A stretch of 64,000 nucleotides of DNA, taken from assembly GCA_038215615.1 (NCBI GenBank), contig JBBQQR010000007.1, positions 27,313-91,312 of the forward strand, given 5' to 3'. The stretch comes from Vulcanimicrobiales bacterium. Its GTDB lineage: Bacteria > Vulcanimicrobiota > Vulcanimicrobiia > Vulcanimicrobiales > Vulcanimicrobiaceae. Position numbers and translations under genes: made by a program. The notes under the pieces are model-generated. The model was given only the letters and a program-made list of their open reading frames with translations. It made no database searches and was not told the origin of the DNA. Shown here one piece after another: positions 19,243 to 27,979 of the stretch (position 1 is the first letter of the stretch; each line of letters begins with the position of its first letter).

Positions 19243-20325
19243 CTAGCGCGCGCCGATGGGCGCCGATGGCCCGATGCGCGAGCCTTCGGGAGCGACGGTG
19301 TCCGGGTCGACTCGCACATCGTGTCCGATGACCGAGCCCCTGCCGATTTTCGCGCCGGCGCCGATGATCGCCCGGCTGGCAATAATGGTTTCTTCGATCG
19401 TGGCGCCTTCTTCTACCACAACGTCATCCCAGAGCACGGAATCCTCGATCGCGGCGTTGGCCGCAATGCGGCAACCCTTTCCCAGCACGACGTTTGGGCC
19501 GACGCGCGCAGTCCGTGCGATCATTGTCCCCGCACCGATGTGTACCGGCGCAATGAGGTTCGCGCAGTCGGCGTTCGCCGCGCCCGCGCCGCTAATTCCG
19601 GGCTCGATCTCGAGCGGCATGACCCCGCTGAGTACGTCGCGGTGAACCGTGAGGTAATGTTCCGGCCGTCCGACGTCGATCCAATAGTCCTCCGTCGTAT
19701 AGGCGAAGAGCGATTGCCCTTCGGCTAAAATTCTCGGAAACGTCTCGCGCTCGATCGATACGTTACGCCCGGGCGGAATGAAATCCAAAACCTTCGGATC
19801 GAGCAGATACGTTCCGGCGTTAATCTCGTTGGTCGGCTCCGTGCCTTTGGGCGGCTTCTCGATGAATTGTGAGATCCGGCCTGACTCGTCGTGCACCACG
19901 CAGCCGAACGACGATGGATCTTCTACCTTTATAAGGTGCAGAACGCCGAGGCCGGCTTTTTCCTTATGATAGGCAATCATGGCGCGCAGATCGAGGCTTG
20001 TCAGAACGTCGCCGTTCATCATAAAAAACGGACCCGTAATGTGCTGCTCGACGTTTTTTATCGCGCCCGCGGTCCCCAGCGGCTCGTCTTCGATCACATA
20101 CGTGATCTTCATATCGAGCCGCGAGCCGTCGCCGAAATATTCAGTAATTGCCTGCGGCATATAGCCCGCGGGCAGTATTACGTCGCGAATGCCGGCTTCG
20201 TATAACCGTTCGAGCGTTCGCGCCAAGAAAGGGACGCCGACGATCGGTACCATGGGTTTGGGCGTGCCTAAAGTTAGCGGCCGCAGCCGCGTTCCTTCAC
20301 CACCGACCAAAATTACCGCTTGCAC
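19243..20325 (-). CDS. NDP-sugar pyrophosphorylase (mannose-1-phosphate guanylyltransferase-like), second paralog
   Basis: QAVILVGGEGTRLRPLT..PKPMVP, EPLGTAG, FIEKP, SIERE.FP, YWIDVG; GTG start at 20325. Confidence 0.92.
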   Translation of the reverse strand: MQAVILVGGEGTRLRPLTLGTPKPMVPIVGVPFLARTLERLYEAGIRDVILPAGYMPQAITEYFGDGSRLDMKITYVIEDEPLGTAGAIKNVEQHITGPFFMMNGDVLTSLDLRAMIAYHKEKAGLGVLHLIKVEDPSSFGCVVHDESGRISQFIEKPPKGTEPTNEINAGTYLLDPKVLDFIPPGRNVSIERETFPRILAEGQSLFAYTTEDYWIDVGRPEHYLTVHRDVLSGVMPLEIEPGISGAGAANADCANLIAPVHIGAGTMIARTARVGPNVVLGKGCRIAANAAIEDSVLWDDVVVEEGATIEETIIASRAIIGAGAKIGRGSVIGHDVRVDPDTVAPEGSRIGPSAPIGAR

Positions 20326-20376
20326 GCTCAAACCTCCAGCAGGGCATCTTCCCTTCAGCGCGCCAATACAAAACGC

Positions 20377-20406
20377 TTGCGCGAGTCCATCGCAGTTGTG
20401 TACGAT
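20377..20406 (+). promoter_or_regulatory. Putative sigma70-type promoter for the tRNA pair
   Basis: TTGCGC-N18-TACGAT, 14 nt upstream of tRNA-Gln. Confidence 0.4.
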
Positions 20407-20420
20407 AGGCTGCGCGCCTA

Positions 20421-20493
20421 TCCCGGGTAGTTCAGCTGGAAGAACGCCAGACTCTGAATCTGGATGCCGGTGGTTCGAGCCCATCCCCGGGAG
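20421..20493 (+). tRNA. tRNA-Gln(CTG)
   Basis: Acceptor tcccggg/cccggga; anticodon arm ccaga-ct CTG aa-tctgg; T-loop ggttcgagcc; CCA not encoded. Confidence 0.93.
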
Positions 20494-20496
20494 CGC

Positions 20497-20572
20497 GGCC
20501 CTATCGTCTAGAGGCCTAGGACGCCGCCCTCTCACGGCGGTAACACGGGTTCGACTCCCGTTGGGGCTACCA
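20497..20572 (+). tRNA. tRNA-Glu(CTC)
   Basis: ggcccta...ccgcc-ct CTC ac-ggcgg...gggttcgactccc...ggggctaCCA. Confidence 0.96.
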
Positions 20573-20695
20573 ATATTTTCCTTATATAACAAGGGTTTGC
20601 GCTTCACCGCCTTCCGTTTGGAGGGCCGTTTGTCACATAGAATTAAAAAAGGAGAGGGAAGGGACGTTCGATCTTAACAATGACGTATCTCTGGG

Positions 20696-21166
20696 TCATC
20701 GAACGCGGACGTATTCCACGATGCTGAACACCACGCGGTAGGTTCGCGGATTGACCGAGCGAATGGTGAGCCTGCGCCGATCCGCAGAGACAGCCATCCG
20801 GTAGCCGTAAACGGGCTGCAGGCCTTTACTGAAGACCGCGATGACGGCCGGCCCATCGCGATGCATTGCGACCGAATCCATTTCCGCCATACCCGCGACC
20901 CGATATTTCCGTCCATCGTAACGTGCCGCGAAGCGGCCACTGCTGCGCTGGCCCGCGACAGTGATCCGCCACATGACGCAATCAATTCCGTCGCTATGAA
21001 ATGCTATACACTTCATGTTTTGCGATCGTAGCGGCGGGAAATCGGCGGTAAATCGGGATGCTGCCAGATTTGCACGCCACATACCGACCAGCGGGTCAGA
21101 ATGGGCGCTTGCAGCGACCGTAAAAGCGAGAACCAGTGCGCCAATCAAAGTCCTCATAAAGTTCAT
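20696..21166 (-). CDS. Secreted hypothetical protein (lipocalin-like beta-rich)
   Basis: Signal peptide followed by DPLVGMWRANLAASRF; A.YDG..Y; VSADRRRLTI. Confidence 0.7.
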   Translation of the reverse strand: MNFMRTLIGALVLAFTVAASAHSDPLVGMWRANLAASRFTADFPPLRSQNMKCIAFHSDGIDCVMWRITVAGQRSSGRFAARYDGRKYRVAGMAEMDSVAMHRDGPAVIAVFSKGLQPVYGYRMAVSADRRRLTIRSVNPRTYRVVFSIVEYVRVR

Positions 21167-21578
21167 GTATTATTAACAACCTTCCCGCACGATAGAGCAT
21201 ATTCGCAGACGTGAGCGTGTTACTCTAAATCCATGAGGTGCTTACGAGGGCCTGCAGACTGGAAACGTCACGGAAACGATCACGAATCGCTTTCTCGTTC
21301 TTCCATCGCGCACCGGTTGATAATCTGTTCCTAACCGCCAACGGCGAAGCCGCCGCAGCCTAAAGGCCCCTCGAGGCGTGGAATCTTCATCGGCCCGCAA
21401 ACAGCGTTCCGCCAGCGACGTTAGAGGCTCTATAGCCGCATGAAACGCCGAACCGATAACGTGAACCGAGCCCGTAGCCAGCGCTAGCGGCTATGATAAC
21501 GCCAAGCCGCATTTCATCCTGCTGAGCCAGTGGCAAGAACGATCTCGCGTTCGACGCTACCGCTCATGGGCAATTCGC

Positions 21579-21962
21579 TTAGCCCTTCGGCTTTAGCTCG
21601 AACGCGTCAATTCCGGCCGGCGGACCGGGCGTAGCAGTAGACGAGGACGTCGTGCCCTTGCCGGGGCCGCGGTAATCGAATTGCTTTCCTCGGCCGAGGG
21701 TTGTCATGGTTGAAAATGTACCGTTGGTTTGGCCCGACCACGTACTATCGGGAAACGTCGCCGTGCACGTCATGGATGCTGCGGAAGGTTTCGCGGCGTT
21801 GAGTGAGCAGGTCGCCGAGCCTTCCTTCGCAGTCCAGACGGCATTGCCGCCACCCAGAACTTTACCTTGGAATGTGAACGCGTGCGGCCCGCCCGACACG
21901 GTTCCGATAAAACTAACAGACGTGACCGACCAGGTCCACGTGAATATCCACTGGCCCGACAA
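21579..21962 (-). CDS. Hypothetical beta-rich protein, possibly 5'-truncated
   Basis: YDLSGQWIFTWTW-type strand; frame stays open ~200 nt upstream without an ATG/GTG. Confidence 0.45.
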   Translation of the reverse strand: MSGQWIFTWTWSVTSVSFIGTVSGGPHAFTFQGKVLGGGNAVWTAKEGSATCSLNAAKPSAASMTCTATFPDSTWSGQTNGTFSTMTTLGRGKQFDYRGPGKGTTSSSTATPGPPAGIDAFELKPKG

Positions 21963-22186
21963 GTCATAAGCGGAAGACGGCTGGGCCTTTTTGCACTTCG
22001 GGTTTCCGTGATGACTAGCGAGCTGCTCACGAAATCCTAGGAATGGGCGAAATCCTCGGGACGGCTGAGATTCTAGGTCTATTTGGGCTGCACACGGATC
22101 GGGGGTAGGAGTTAGGTGGCGCGGATCCGCTTGGCAGGCCGCGATCTGGCGGTCCCCAAATAATCATCGGCGTTCGTTGCCTTTCT

Positions 22187-23926
22187 CTAAGCCGGCAGCG
22201 GTGCTTGCGGGAGCGCGCGATATCGTAACAACTCGATTCGCACGTACGCCTGGGCTGCAGTGTCGCAAAGCTGCTCGAGCGTCAGCGCTTCATCCGGATC
22301 GAGCTTCGTACCATCGCGGTGGATTCCATATACCGCAAACGCAATGAGCTCGTCGCTCTGAAAAATCGGAATCGCGATCGCGGGCGTTGCGCCTTGTCCT
22401 TCGAATTGCTCCGCAACGTGAGTGCGAACATCGCGGATCTCGAGTTTGGCGCGCTCCGTCACTAAAAACCGCACCAACTCGTGGTCCGCATCGAACGCCG
22501 GCGCGCCAAGGGCTTCCCACCCGGACGCGGCCGCAACAATAAACGTCGGTCCTTGAGCGCGAAACAGCGCAGCCATCGTTAAGTCGAGCCTCTCGTATGG
22601 CCCGTGAACCACCGCGCGATCGATGGTTTCCTCCCGCTCGGCGCGCAACAGCGTCTTGGCCAAGCGTCTCAAATAGTTCTGAGCGCTGTGTTTGTCGCGG
22701 AATAGCAGCAAATCCACGCCGCGTTCGATCCAACCGTAGGCACGGTGCAGGGCAAGAGCGAGCCCAATTGTCACCGCGGCATCGATCACTAATGCAACGC
22801 GCACCTGATGCAAATACGCGCTCGTCAACCAATCCACGGCGCCGATAACTCCGACGATCAAAGTGGTTACCACCGCGTACAGGACGGTCCGGCTAATCAC
22901 AAAACGCACATCGATGACGTGGCGCTTGAGAATTCCGTACATGAGCGCCAACGGCATGATCACTGTTAAATCGGCAGCTACGATGCTCAGAGATTGCAGG
23001 AAGTGCGAAGGATTAGCACTCAGGACGTTTCTGAGATCGTTCGTGATTACGCCGAAGATAATAGCAAACGCGGCCCAGCCGAAACGCGCGCGCTCCATTC
23101 GTTCCATCGTCGTCAGGCGCGCGATTACGACGAGCACCGTTACGACTGTAAGCACTTCGTCTATAAGATTCGTTAACTGCGGCGAAAACGTCACGCCCGT
23201 ATAGAATACGGCAACGGCAGCAACAGCTATGTCGGCCGCCAGTATCGCGCACGCGGCGTAAAACGCGGGCCTCCTCCATCCGCTCGGAATCCGATCGTCT
23301 GGTACCAGCACAGAGAAAAATAACAAACAACCTACCGCTATCGACGCACTAAATCCCGGCAGCCCGCCGGCAATGACGTACTGCCACGCCGGAAGAATCG
23401 TCCAGTTCTCACCTGCAGCGAATGACGGGGCGGCCGCTAGGCAGTATGCGTAGAACGTCCACGTCGTCGGACTGGGCCTGGCCATCACCAAGGCAATGCC
23501 CGTAACGAGAAATACGAGGAACGTCAGCAAGCGCAATGCGGAAAGGAAGTTGGAACCGTAAGTGTTTGCGACCGGCGGCCCTACATTCGCTACGAATCGC
23601 ACCGGCCGCACGCTGCCGCCTTTGCTGAGACACGTCGAGATCGGAGTCCCGGCGCGGTATCCTTGCTGAAGGCCGAAGCCGCGGTTCATCAACAGCGCAT
23701 AATCTCGCGCCGATAGACACCCCAGAATCTCTCCCGTTCGCAGCCCCGCGCGATATGCCGGAGAACCGGCATCAACGTGGACGATATTCGATTGAACAAA
23801 CGCGCCGGTTAGTACTATGCCCGTGCCGCTCTGAACGCTTGGGGGAGATTCAAACATCGGCGGTGCGACCAGCAGTAACCAAAAGGCCGCCAATCCGATC
23901 GTAATAAGCGCGCGCAGCGCCTTCAT
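22187..23926 (-). CDS. Multi-pass membrane protein with N-terminal PDZ-like and C-terminal GAF-like domains
   Basis: VDAGSPAYRAGLRTGE (PDZ); many TM helices; YGILKRHVIDVRFVISR; AIAIPIF...FAVYGIHRDG..LDPDE (GAF-like). Confidence 0.8.
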   Translation of the reverse strand: MKALRALITIGLAAFWLLLVAPPMFESPPSVQSGTGIVLTGAFVQSNIVHVDAGSPAYRAGLRTGEILGCLSARDYALLMNRGFGLQQGYRAGTPISTCLSKGGSVRPVRFVANVGPPVANTYGSNFLSALRLLTFLVFLVTGIALVMARPSPTTWTFYAYCLAAAPSFAAGENWTILPAWQYVIAGGLPGFSASIAVGCLLFFSVLVPDDRIPSGWRRPAFYAACAILAADIAVAAVAVFYTGVTFSPQLTNLIDEVLTVVTVLVVIARLTTMERMERARFGWAAFAIIFGVITNDLRNVLSANPSHFLQSLSIVAADLTVIMPLALMYGILKRHVIDVRFVISRTVLYAVVTTLIVGVIGAVDWLTSAYLHQVRVALVIDAAVTIGLALALHRAYGWIERGVDLLLFRDKHSAQNYLRRLAKTLLRAEREETIDRAVVHGPYERLDLTMAALFRAQGPTFIVAAASGWEALGAPAFDADHELVRFLVTERAKLEIRDVRTHVAEQFEGQGATPAIAIPIFQSDELIAFAVYGIHRDGTKLDPDEALTLEQLCDTAAQAYVRIELLRYRALPQAPLPA

Positions 23927-23969
23927 AATATGACGGCGTCCATGACGCTGCTATTCGCTTTGCCCCCTG

Positions 23970-24026
23970 CTTCTACTTTGTCTTCTACTTATAGGCTAGT
24001 AACCAGTAGTAACCAGTATCAACCCA
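23970..24026. repeat. Short direct repeats just inside the right att site
   Basis: cttctactt x2 (23970, 23982); tagtaaccag x2 plus tatcaaccca at a 10-bp period (23997-24026). Confidence 0.65.
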
Positions 24027-24084
24027 GACTAAAGAAAAGCAATGCGCAGGGATTTCGAATCCCGTTGGGGCTACCATTTCGTCG

Positions 24085-24648
24085 CTAGGACTCTATGCGC
24101 CGGCCTTTTTCGAGCCATTTGTCCAAGCGCGGCATCCGAGGAGTACCGCCTGGATAATTGCCACCCGGATGTCGATCGGCCCACCGTTGCGCGCGCGATG
24201 CGAGATACTCGAAATTCTCAAAAACAAACGGTTTAGTGCGACGGGCGATCATGATAACGGGCTCTAAACAATTCCAGTTCAGGATAACATTATACCAGGA
24301 CGCTTGAAGGAAGAGCGTCTCATCAATGAGCCCGCTGCGTACACAAGAACCTATCTGTTCATACATGTCACATAGGTGGACTTCGGGATGCTCCCTTCGA
24401 TCAACGGGAATTTTTTCCAACCCGGCGCGAAAGGCGGGGTCCTCCATTCGCGTTGCCAGATCGTGGCGGACGAAATCGAATAGCTCGTGCACGTGAGGCT
24501 GCTGGAACACCTCGAGAATCGAAAGCAGGCCGGACAGTTGGTTGTTCTGACGAAGATGGCGCAGCTGAATAAGTGCCGCGACCGCTGTGGCAGCGATGAC
24601 GAAAAAGGTTCCCATTGTGCCGATGGTGTTCCAGAACTCAAGCGACAT
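24085..24648 (-). CDS. DUF4760-like membrane-anchored protein (paralog 3)
   Basis: MSLEFWNTIGTMGTFFVIAATAVAALIQLRHLR; YEQIGSCVRSGLIDE; FENFEYLA..W..RHP.GNYP. Confidence 0.72.
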   Translation of the reverse strand: MSLEFWNTIGTMGTFFVIAATAVAALIQLRHLRQNNQLSGLLSILEVFQQPHVHELFDFVRHDLATRMEDPAFRAGLEKIPVDRREHPEVHLCDMYEQIGSCVRSGLIDETLFLQASWYNVILNWNCLEPVIMIARRTKPFVFENFEYLASRAQRWADRHPGGNYPGGTPRMPRLDKWLEKGRRIES

Positions 24649-24893
24649 TGATCCGCCATCGCCAATTTCGTATCGGCGTTCTTCCAAACAGCGTCGAACT
24701 GACAGATCCAAAAAACCGGCTCATCTATCAAGAATACGGGCCGCCCCAAACTGGGCCTGCATTATGGCGCACGAGCCGCGCTCACGATGTGCTGGAAGGG
24801 CGTCTTCTACTTACCGCTGACCTTACGGGCTCGGTGACCGGCCACGGAGCCGAACGGCGCTCCGGCCGAAACACCCGCGAATCGCTAAACTTC

Positions 24894-25388
24894 TTAGGGC
24901 GCGGTGTGCGCCTTTTGCCCTAACATTTCGGGAATATCCTCTGCCGGGAGCGCTTTGCGCACTGTGCCAAGAATCACCAGACCCGCGCTGATCAGCACCA
25001 AGTTCTTTATGATAAATTCGCCGTTCGACGAGAGTTTGAGCGGATTGCCGTCAGTGAAGACGAGGTCGGGACGGATGACCATCGTGAGGAACGTGCCGAT
25101 CATTTGCACTAAGAACAGCAGCAACGTTAGCCGCATTGCCCAGCCCGTGAGCAAGCCCAATCCGATGATCACCTCTACCACGCCCATGCCGACAACCGCA
25201 ACGTGAGAGGGCAAAACGTACAGCGTCTTGGCGACCAGATCTGCGACGGGGCTGACACCAAGAATCTTCAACGCTCCGAACCACACGAAGACGATGCCAA
25301 GAGTGATGCGAAGCATCGTGACGCTATGCTCGCGCACAAAGCCGATTACTGCGTTGTCGAACCGACGGAGCCATTCAGGAACGCGCAT
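24894..25388 (-). CDS. DoxX family membrane protein (DUF417/YkgB-like)
   Basis: LRITLGIVFVWFGALK; EVIIGLGLL; GEFIIKNLVL. Confidence 0.85.
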   Translation of the reverse strand: MRVPEWLRRFDNAVIGFVREHSVTMLRITLGIVFVWFGALKILGVSPVADLVAKTLYVLPSHVAVVGMGVVEVIIGLGLLTGWAMRLTLLLFLVQMIGTFLTMVIRPDLVFTDGNPLKLSSNGEFIIKNLVLISAGLVILGTVRKALPAEDIPEMLGQKAHTAP

Positions 25389-25689
25389 ACATTTTATTCT
25401 CCCTACCCAACTTTGGAAACCGCGATGCCATTGTAGCATTTCAGTTTGTAAACCGACGCCCTGTGTATACTATCTCCTAAGAAAATCGCGGTTTTAAAAT
25501 TCTCACGACGCTGAAGGGGCCCGAACCCTCGGGCTCCGCCGTGATAGAACGCGGATGGATACCGCTGTAGCATACTCTACGCCCGCCGTAGCGGCTTTCA
25601 GTCACACTAGTGGTGTGCCTGTTGAGGTACGGGAGCGCCGGCTTAATCTTTTCATGGCGATGTATTGATCGCCCATGGCTCGCAGTTCA

Positions 25690-26733
25690 CTAATTTTTAA
25701 GATTGTGGTCTAAAAAACGGCGAAGATACCATAAAGCGATGCGGCTGTGAAAGCCTAGCGGCACCGTTTCAAAGGCATGATCTGCCCAGGCCAACTCGAT
25801 ATACGTAACGCTTACACCATCGTCGCGCAATTCGTCGCGCAATAAGTGCTCGAAATCGAGACTCACGACATGATCTCGTCCGGCTGCGATCATCAAGACC
25901 GGCGGCATACCTGCTCGCACGACGTATCGCGGTGACGCGCTGCGGTAGCACGGGGCGTTTTGGTGTGGAGTGCCACCACAAAGGTCGCTCAGAGTGCGCC
26001 GTATATTAATAATGTCGGGATGAGGCGGATGTTCGTAAGCCAGCCGAAGATCCACTGGACTCTCGTACGTCACGACCGCGTCGATGCGGCGCGGGCGCAG
26101 CGCGCCAGCGATTATGGCGAGCTGCGCACCGGAGGAATGTCCGAGTACCGCGATGCGCGGGGCATGAATGGCATCGATCTGACGCAGAATCGCGACTTTT
26201 TGCGCGGGCCATCGTGATTGCGGTGCGTGGGGATAGCCGAGTGGAATGACACGGTAGCCCCAGGAAGCAATTATCGCATTGAGCTGTGCATCGTTCTTGG
26301 TGGAGCCGCGTTCCCAGGCGCCTCCGTAGATGGCTAGCACAACAGGAGTGTTTGGCCCAGACCGAGCGGCGCGCACCTCGATGGGCGGTAATGCGAGCAA
26401 TGCTGAGGCCGGTATATACGGCCCTCGCGTTAGATACGCGAGCGGCGGTGCAAACGTGCACAATATGGCTGCTCCCGCCATCGCAATTGCCGGGCGTCGC
26501 GCTGCACTGCGCAACCGCAATGCTGTCGAAAGCGCAACTCCATCGAATATCGTTAGGACCGGCCAAAGCTCCGTACCGCCCACTGTCAGGACGAAAAGCG
26601 GCATGATAGGTCCGGGCACGACGATCCAGATTGAGAACGCCAGCGCGATCAGCGCAAGTGTGACCGCAAACATGTCCACCAAACCCACACTATCATCAGG
26701 AACTGCAGCGGCAATCGTACGTAAAACATCCAT
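25690..26733 (-). CDS. Membrane-anchored alpha/beta hydrolase (esterase/lipase); true start probably near 26673
   Basis: IYGGAW, LGHSSGAQLA, GRDHVV, WADHAFE. Confidence 0.8.
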   Translation of the reverse strand: MDVLRTIAAAVPDDSVGLVDMFAVTLALIALAFSIWIVVPGPIMPLFVLTVGGTELWPVLTIFDGVALSTALRLRSAARRPAIAMAGAAILCTFAPPLAYLTRGPYIPASALLALPPIEVRAARSGPNTPVVLAIYGGAWERGSTKNDAQLNAIIASWGYRVIPLGYPHAPQSRWPAQKVAILRQIDAIHAPRIAVLGHSSGAQLAIIAGALRPRRIDAVVTYESPVDLRLAYEHPPHPDIINIRRTLSDLCGGTPHQNAPCYRSASPRYVVRAGMPPVLMIAAGRDHVVSLDFEHLLRDELRDDGVSVTYIELAWADHAFETVPLGFHSRIALWYLRRFLDHNLKN

Positions 26734-27029
26734 GCGCTGCCGACGTCGTGATAAAGCTGCGGATGCTGCGCCATCTGTATGTTCGCCGGAAAAACCGCGA
26801 CAAGCAAAGCGATCAAGCCGATGCCGGAAATTCGCCGGGTCAAAGGCATCAGCACGCCGATGCCGCCAAAAATCTCACAAGCTCCGCTAATTTGAACAAG
26901 TAAGAGATGGAGAGGAAGCCACGGCGGAACGGCGCGCACGTAAAAACCTGAGTGCACATAGTGATTGATACCTGCTGCTATAAAGAAAATGCCGAGCGAA
27001 ACCGCCGCAACTTTGCGTACAGTGACCAT
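26649..27029 (-). CDS. DoxX-like membrane protein
   Basis: FFIAAGINHY, VPPWLP, SGACEI, VFPANIQM, RLPLQ. Confidence 0.85.
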   Translation of the reverse strand: MVTVRKVAAVSLGIFFIAAGINHYVHSGFYVRAVPPWLPLHLLLVQISGACEIFGGIGVLMPLTRRISGIGLIALLVAVFPANIQMAQHPQLYHDVGSAWMFYVRLPLQFLMIVWVWWTCLRSHLR

Positions 27030-27084
27030 GACGAGATTGTCGCGCGAAAGACGTGCGGTTCCTCCGCGTGGCGGCGGGATGGTT

Positions 27085-27155
27085 GCGGGCGAAACCGACT
27101 GCGGTGTCACCATTTGCGGCGATGACCCGGACGAGGGCAACCCCAATCGCCCCAA
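27085..27155 (-). pseudogene. Relic of the N-terminus of the tectonin-module lipoprotein family
   Basis: Encodes GLPSSGSSPQMVTPQSVSP; compare GLPPTGSSPQMVTPESVSP in the 27980-30091 protein. Confidence 0.7.
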
Positions 27156-27250
27156 CCGGACGGCCTATCACTTAACGAGGTGTAAGCGGCCTGCGCCTTT
27201 CGGCGGCCACGGCGCTAGCGGCATCCATTCTCAGCTCGAGATCGCTGAAA

Positions 27251-27345
27251 ATCTACGCCGATGACGCGATGGCGTGGACGCTAGCCGCGCGCGGCGAGTG
27301 GCAGAAGGCACGGAGCTTCGCCATTCGGGCTGTCCGCGATTCTAA
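27251..27345 (+). pseudogene. Fragment resembling a TPR-protein C-terminal helix pair
   Basis: IYADDAMAWTLAARGEWQKARSFAIRAVR, without a proper gene context. Confidence 0.4.
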
Positions 27346-27423
27346 CGAAACTGTAGTCGGTTCTCCCGTTCAAACAATCAATCTACAGATTGAAGCCGGC
27401 AACGCCTGCAGGTGTTCGAATCC

Positions 27424-27469
27424 AAGAAGCCTCCATGCAATGCTTTCGCAACACGGAGGCTTCTTTTTT
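27424..27469 (+). terminator. Hairpin with T-tract (intrinsic-terminator-like)
   Basis: aagaagcctcc...ggaggcttctt followed by tttt. Confidence 0.6.
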
Positions 27470-27505
27470 CTAAGCGCTTCTGCCTAGTCGGTGCAGGGTC
27501 AGATT

Positions 27506-27766
27506 TTATACTGTGGCGCGACGGCCCATTAGCGCCCGGACGATGAAGATGAGTATAACCGCTCCAATGATCGCACAGATCATGCTGCCGATGTTAAATC
27601 CAGTGACGCCGACATGGCCAAATAAACCGTACACAAAGCCGCCGACTAGCGCACCGATGATTCCGATAACGATATCACCTAGGATGCCGCCGGGACCGTC
27701 TCCAGCGATGGTTTTCGCGATCGCGCCCGCGATGAGTCCAAATATAATCCAAAGAATTATCCCCAT
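27506..27766 (-). CDS. GlsB/YeaQ/YmgE family stress membrane protein
   Basis: MGIILWIIFGLIAGAIAK...GIIGALVGG...AIIGAVILI. Confidence 0.92.
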   Translation of the reverse strand: MGIILWIIFGLIAGAIAKTIAGDGPGGILGDIVIGIIGALVGGFVYGLFGHVGVTGFNIGSMICAIIGAVILIFIVRALMGRRATV

Positions 27767-27979
27767 ATGCAACCCTCCGTTCAAATAGCAAGCCTAGCAA
27801 GCCACCTAGGTTATCTCCAATCGGCTCCGCGTCAAACCTCCTTAACGGTAAGACCACTTGATTCTCGCGAGTTTCACACAAGATGGCTAAATAACGGGTG
27901 ATATGCAATGGCTCACCTCCAAGTCGATACAGCCCAACCTTGGGGAATCCCGCCCAAGGGCTTTTCCTGGCTTGCGGCT

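Larger units (their letters stand above)
20550..24076. mobile_element. Integrase-less genomic islet integrated at the tRNA-Glu 3' end
   Basis: Direct repeat ttcgaCtcccgttggggctacca (20550-20572) vs ttcgaAtcccgttggggctacca (24054-24076), 22/23; no integrase ORF inside. Confidence 0.8.

Noticed and set aside
20326..20607. N-terminal extension of the 454-aa ORF 19243-20607
   Set aside because: Runs antisense through two tRNA genes; homology begins at GTG 20325.
21181..21578. Possible structured RNA or 41-aa minus-strand ORF (MRLGVIIAASAGYGLGSR...) in the islet
   Set aside because: Only short complementary segments and no independent support; cannot be separated from chance.
27410..27425. gttcgaatcc as a further tRNA-derived att site
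   Set aside because: The match is limited to a generic T-loop 9-10-mer with no acceptor-stem sequence.
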